A stretch of DNA of 64,000 nt from Eledone cirrhosa (taxonomy: Eukaryota). Position numbers and translations under genes: made by a program. The stretch lies in contig OZ024740.1 of the NCBI GenBank assembly GCA_964016885.1, forward strand, positions 44,702,001-44,766,000, in the 5' to 3' direction. Each line of letters begins with the position of its first letter. The stretch's first letter is position 1. The notes under the pieces were generated by a model that ran no database searches, was not told the DNA's origin, and saw only the letters and a list, made by a program, of their open reading frames with translations. This document shows positions 1 through 64,000 of this stretch, one piece after another.

Positions 1-1231
1 AAAACAAAATAAGCGTTTTCTAAGAAAAACAATTATCTAATACTTTTGATGCAAAACTACCTGAAATTGTCCCTAGTTTTACAATACTAAGTTATATATT
101 TTAGTGGTCATAATCATCATTATCATCATTTAACATTTATTTCTCCATACTTGCATGGGGTAAACAGATTGACTACATCTTACTTATACAGATCAGTATT
201 TTGGCTTGGTTTCTATGGTTGGGTCTCCTTTCTAACGTCAAACACATTACAGTGTGGACTGGGTGCTTTTTATCATGAAACCAAAGCGACTATCTAATAG
301 AGTGGACTGTGCTTTTTCATCATGTTACCCACATGACTACTTTACAGGGTGGACTGAGAACCTTTTTTATATCTATCTAAAATCCCTCCATCATAATTTT
401 ATGTAAGAATCTTTGTTACACTATGCTGTAGACATCAACTAAGTAAGGTTAGTTAATTACTAAAGAGGTAAATTAGAGAGAGTGATCGAAGTCACAGATG
501 CTTATTTGTATTTATACAAATAAGGAGTTATATATATAATTCTAACCAGTGCGCTAACTCTAGCGCACTGTTGGCTTTTAATGTCCAGAAAGGTTTTAGG
601 CACTACCATTGTTACTGTCCCACTATTTCTCACCATGGTACTTGGAGATTGGAGCCGAATGCTACCATTCTATTGTACAGCGATTGGAGACTGATTTTCT
701 CTAATAACCAATTTTTCACTTGCTTGTTAACTTGTGTTTGAGATACATTGGCTGAGTGCTTATGGCTGGAGTAGAACTATTTGAATTTCATTTCCTACCG
801 TCACATAAATTTCTGAACCGGTAGTCAATCGGTTGATGGCATCGTGATGAGGTGTAGGGATTTCAGTTGCTAATGTTTTACTGTGTTGACTCACTGTCAT
901 AGCATCATAGGCTGGAATTGAATTCTGTTGAATGATTGGTTATTGATTAGGCAAAACCGGCTGATGAAGCCACATGTGCCGATTGTGCACTGTTGCATAA
1001 TAAATGGTGACAGTAGATGTTGTGCATTCTATTGCTTCATTAAGTGTGGCCGAAACTTGAGTATGTGTATAGATTTATGGTATATTTATAGATTTATGTG
1101 TGTTGTATTGAAGCGAATAACTATGTCTCTACTCTGGGATTTTACATAACATTACCTATTGAGTATGCTGAGATGCAACTGGTACTAGCAGTGAAACCCA
1201 TGCTAGTCCCGTCAACTTTATATATATATAT

Positions 1232-2783
1232 CAGGGCTCTGTTCTTAGCCCCCTACTATTTATTATTGCCCTTCAGGCTATAACAGAGGAGTTCAAGACC
1301 GGCTGCCCATGGAAACTCCTATACGCAGATGATCTAACGCTCATAGCTGAATCAATGACCGAACTAGAGAAGAAATTCCAAACATGGAAGCACAGCCTAG
1401 AATAAAAAGGCTTTAAAATTAACCTGGCTAAGACTAAAGTTCTAGTTTGTAGGAAAGAAAATAAGGCGGCAGTCCCATCTGGGAAATGGCCATGCTCAGT
1501 GTGTAGGAAAGGCGTAGGTAGAAACTCCATTTTATGTCCCAAATGCAAAGTATGGGTGCATAAAAGATGTAGTGGGATCACAGGTAAGCTAACTAAGAAC
1601 ATAGATTTTACATGTGGCCAGTGCTCTGGTGCAATAAGTAGCAGCAAGTGCCCACAGAATACTAGCTCTTTCAATTGCACAGATGGTTCTATAGAAATAG
1701 TGGACAGCTCCCGTTACCTGGGTGACAAAATCAGCAGTGGGGGAGGGTGCTCTGAAAGTACAGTAGCTAGAGTCAGAACTGGATGGAAAAAGTTCAGAGA
1801 GCTTATACCACTATTAGCCGCTAAAGGGTTCTCCCTAAAAATGAAAGGCAGGTTATATGATGCCTGCATACGAACAGCAATGCTGCATGGCAGTGAGACC
1901 TGGGCATTGTGTGCAGAGGATATACGCAGACTAGAGAGGAACAAAGCTTTCATGCTCCGCTGGATGTGTAATAGTAATATACGTGAACGGCTAAGCATAA
2001 ACGAACTAAAGAAAAAATTAGAAATAAGAGGGATCAGATGTTGTTTACTCGAGAGAAGGCTACGTTGGTATGGTCACGTGATGCGCATGAAAAAAGAACA
2101 GCTGTATAACAAAGTGCAGGGCAATAAAGATAGACGGTAGCCATGGAGTAGGCAGACCCAGAAAAACCTGGGACGAGCTGATAAATTCCGACCTCACACA
2201 CTTACACCTCTCCAAGACAATGTCACTGGACCGAGACCTTTGGCGGTACTCAGTAATAGAGAAGACCCGCCTTACCTAAATACAAAGTAAAACCTACTAC
2301 AGTCAGTAGGCATCTCTAACAAAACACACCTCCGTACCACCACCCCCACCACATCCACACCGCCCCTTTCAATGTAAAGTTATGTTGGTGCCACAACATC
2401 CAGGCCGAAACAAATGAGATCGTGTAGGTGTTACGACAAAAAATACACAGTCCACGCTGTAATGTGGCCGTGTAGGCAACACAGTAAAAACCTCCCAGCC
2501 CCACACTGTAAATGTAGTTGGTGTTAGGAAGGGCATCCAGCTGTAGAAAACCCACCAGACAGTCCACACTGTAATGTGGCTGTGTAGGCAACACGGTAAA
2601 GACCTCCCAGCCCCACACTGTAAATGTGGTTGGTGTTGGGAAGGGCATCCAGCTGTAGAAAACCCGCCAGACAGTCCTATGCAAGCAAGACAATCACTCT
2701 TGCCTCAAGTGGGAAAACCCCCGTCCAAACCCATGCAAGCGTGGAACACGGACGTTAAACGTTGATGATGATGATGATGATGA
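1232..2783 (+). mobile_element. RTE-clade LINE, 5'-truncated copy A (inactive)
   Basis: QGSVLSP...YADD RT motifs, C4HC3 finger, GRPRKTW C-terminus, (TGA)n tail; stop near 1403 and frameshift near 2095; sits in (TA)n. Confidence 0.92.
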
Positions 2784-3916
2784 TATATATGTATATATAT
2801 ATATGAGTGTGTGTGTGTGGGTGTGTGAATGAGTGGATGGGTGGCATCCTGTTTCCCCTGTTGGAGTCAGAGGATTTGTTGGAACCAGGGTTAATTCATT
2901 TCTCAGGGGCTTTGGACTGCTGGCAAAGGAAAAGAATATACCTTTCAAGGGCATTATCAGAGACAGCTGAGTTACTACATCTAGCTCAAAAGAGAAGATG
3001 AATTGTGTGCTTGATATATTGAGGTGGATGGAGACATCTCGCTTAAAGTTATAACACCATACCCATCAAATTTCATGCTGTTCTGATGCATTGAAGTGGA
3101 CAGAGTCACAACATCAGACACAAATGATTGTGCTGTTGTGCAGGAGTTTCAATCAGTGGTTGGTCCCAAGTAGCTCTGGTGTCACAGTGGAAGGGCCAAA
3201 ATACCTACAGATTACTTAACTATCTGATGAAATATTGGTTCTTACAGCAGGAGCCTCAGCACAGATATGCGCTTATCAAGTGTATGTATGTATGTATGTA
3301 TATATATATATATTTAGAGAGAGAGAGAGAGAGAGAATGACTGTGAAATAAAGTGTAAAAGAGAGGGGCGAAATTTAAGTTTTAAAATAATTCACCACAT
3401 AATGATTTTTAACCTGGACCTAGCTATATATTTAACTAAATGTCCCAACTTCACATTCAGCTGAAATACTCTTATGTGTGGGTGTGTTGCTTTAATTTTA
3501 AACAACCAAATAAATAATATTCAATCTTGTTTAAATAACTGTTCTTTATTTGTAATTGAAATTATGTAATAAATTATTGTTAATTGCTTCTTGAAAAGTA
3601 TTTAAGAAATGTATACACATGCATACATATATATCCAACTACTGCTAGTTTGTGCTCTGAGTCTGTATGTTTATATAATTTTTATTTGGTATCTTCTAAT
3701 AAATTATCTAATTTACACATGAGACTGCTACCAAATGTATTATTTTGTTAACATCTGAATCATACTAGCCAAGTAAAACCTAGACAACACATGTCATTAT
3801 TAATACTTATAGAAGTGTATATAATCGTGTGGTTTTACAGATAGGAATCTACAAAACAGCAGCAGCCAATTTATTTATTTTATGCACAGCTTCTAAGATA
3901 ATGTGGCATTATATTG

Positions 3917-4098
3917 GATTGGCAGTATCGGTAGAGAGTCGGACGCCATGCTTTGCAGCAAAGAGTTACGGCCCTTTATGATCTGAGTTCAAATCCCGCC
4001 GAGGTTAACTTTGCCTTTCATCCTTACGGGGTCGATAAAATAAAGTACCAGTAATACACTGAAGAAATTGCTGGCCTTGTGTCAAAAGTAGAAACAAT
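3917..4098 (+). mobile_element. tRNA-derived SINE with Nin-like core; further copies at 24347-24515(-), 24640-24760(-), 25685-25890(+) and 3' pieces at 35278, 49337, 59124
   Basis: A/B-box-like tggc..ggtaga...gagttcaaatccc, core gcctttcatcc..ggggtcgataaaataaagtacc, tail gctggccttgtg..aaaagtagaaac; recurs several times in the window. Confidence 0.75.
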
Positions 4099-5668
4099 TA
4101 TATTTTTTTCTTTTGTACCTCACAGCAATTATAGTGCTGTATATATATATGTCATCATCATCATCATCATTTTACGTCTGCTTTTCCCTGCTTGCAAGGG
4201 ATATATATATACATATATAAACCTTTCTGCCAGATATGTTGATTTATGTTTTCTGCAGTATTAATAGGTTAGATGCCCTGCAGATGGAATGGGTTCAACT
4301 TAGAATGCTCATAATTGCCTGCTGTATTTTCTAGACTCTTACTTTCTCAGTTTATAATATTGTCTGACAGTAGGCATACACAAAACTATACTTCATTTAT
4401 ACTTATCTACCAATGTTTATCTAAAGGAACACTTACTAAGATATTTTGGTATTATTAGCAAAATCGTTATTCAAAGCCATTTCAGCACCAATCACACACA
4501 TACACATATATATAAGCTACTTTGTGTACACAAATACAATATAGATATGTAAATAAATTCAAAATATTTCGTGTAAAATCACTCAAATGTATCAATCATG
4601 CTTCATGCTTTGTAGTCATCTTCATTACATTACCTGGGTATTTCTCCCATTCAATGGATATTCCTGAAGACATAGTAGATCAATATATAACAAATGAAAA
4701 ATCCACACCTTCTTAAGTATTGTAACATCATAAAAGTATTTCTCATTTGTAACTGTGATTATGTAAATCATTTCACATCTTATTTAAAACCATTAAATTG
4801 TATATTTTCTATGTCTAGAAACCCTGATTAATCAAGATGTAGGATGCTCAAGTGCAGAAAATAACATCAATTACATTCAGTTGCTATAAAATAGCTTATA
4901 GAAATTGGGTAAAGACCCTTAGAGACAGAAAAATATTGCATAGTGGCCAATGGCAAAACTTTTCCATTTTTAGATAGACGTACACCATTTAAAGGTAGAT
5001 GAAAAGAATAAATAGATTAATTAGATGTGTAAAGGATTACTTAGACAGTTGAAATAGAATTTAAGTAAACTTTTGATTTCTTGGTTTTATGATACAAATA
5101 ATTTATTTTTAAATGTTTATCTATTATAATGTTTTATTTAGAAATCTACAGACAAACATGTTAAGTTATGTTCCTAACACTAGGTATATATCAACGATCA
5201 AACGGCTGTCAGAGGCAGCTGAGAAAAGCTCAATGTGCCTATAGTCAAAGAGGAATGACAACTGGAGCTAAGATAGGACGATTGCTGTTTAAATAGATAT
5301 GACGTACTCTACTGATGGTCTTCGTGTCTGGGTAGTGTAAACCACAGGAATGAGCAACAAGTTTAGCGGAAGGTCCCAGGTTCATATACTGCAGGAGGAC
5401 ACCTAGGAGTTATGACCTGGATGGACACAACTCCCTTAAAGTGTCAGGATGAATCAAGTGCCAAACACTTGCTTAATGGGAATTCTTCCTCTGAACATCC
5501 TCCTGCTGACTGCTTGCTCCACCATGATGTTTTGTCTACTACAGTAACAAAAGGGTTAATTCTATGTAAAAATTCTATTTATCAGTGACTTTAAATTTAG
5601 TAAACCTAAGACAGATTTAAGAATGTTCAATAAAAGAAAAATTATTCAATCTAAAACTAGTCCCTTAC

Positions 5669-63700
<58,032 letters not shown>

Positions 63701-64000
63701 CTGTTAGACATGCAAATGTAAACAAAGAATTCAGCAGCTGAACAGCAAAGCATTATTTTACACTGCAATAATTATAGTAAGAATAGGCAAAAATAAAGCT
63801 ATCAGAATGTTTTAAGATTTATAGATGAGAGAATATTGTTGTAAATAGATAGAGAAATAAGATTTGCTCTCTTTTATGAAGCCAAATCCAAAGAAATTAT
63901 TGCAATTTTAAGCAATTCAGAGAAATCAATGGAAATTTGCCATGCCTAGCTTAAGTGATGATTTTGACAATCAAAAAGTATTAGTTCAAATTAGCAAGAA

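Noticed and set aside
3917-4000. tRNA gene
   Set aside because: Only A/B-box-like remnants followed by a SINE core; no full cloverleaf.

Overview
AT-rich, microsatellite- and retroelement-rich animal genomic DNA. The repeat families and intron style suggest a coleoid cephalopod such as Octopus; this is an inference and was not verified. The window is an internal part of one large minus-strand muscle gene of the UNC-89/obscurin type. I traced 26 GT-AG exons by hand with mutually compatible phases (63700 down to 5669; 5373 nt, about 1791 aa; no start or stop in the window). Architecture: Ig-Ig-(divergent SH3)-SH3-DH-PH-Ig-PEVK repeat-Ig-Ig-Ig-Ig-Fn3-Fn3. The introns hold two young RTE LINE copies with a PHD-like finger after the RT core, a near-intact R4/Dong RLE LINE with three tandem RLE 3' fragments in (TAA)n, an internally deleted mariner, a 5'-inverted LINE with TSD, a non-autonomous Helitron, a CR1-like fragment, SINEs, MITE-like palindromes and satellites. 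The most striking feature is an 84-bp perfect inverted copy of the 5' part of the PEVK exon in the next intron. It predicts an exon-intron dsRNA that could direct ADAR editing or splicing control of the elastic segment. A hidden in-frame 57-nt candidate exon sits just before the DH domain.
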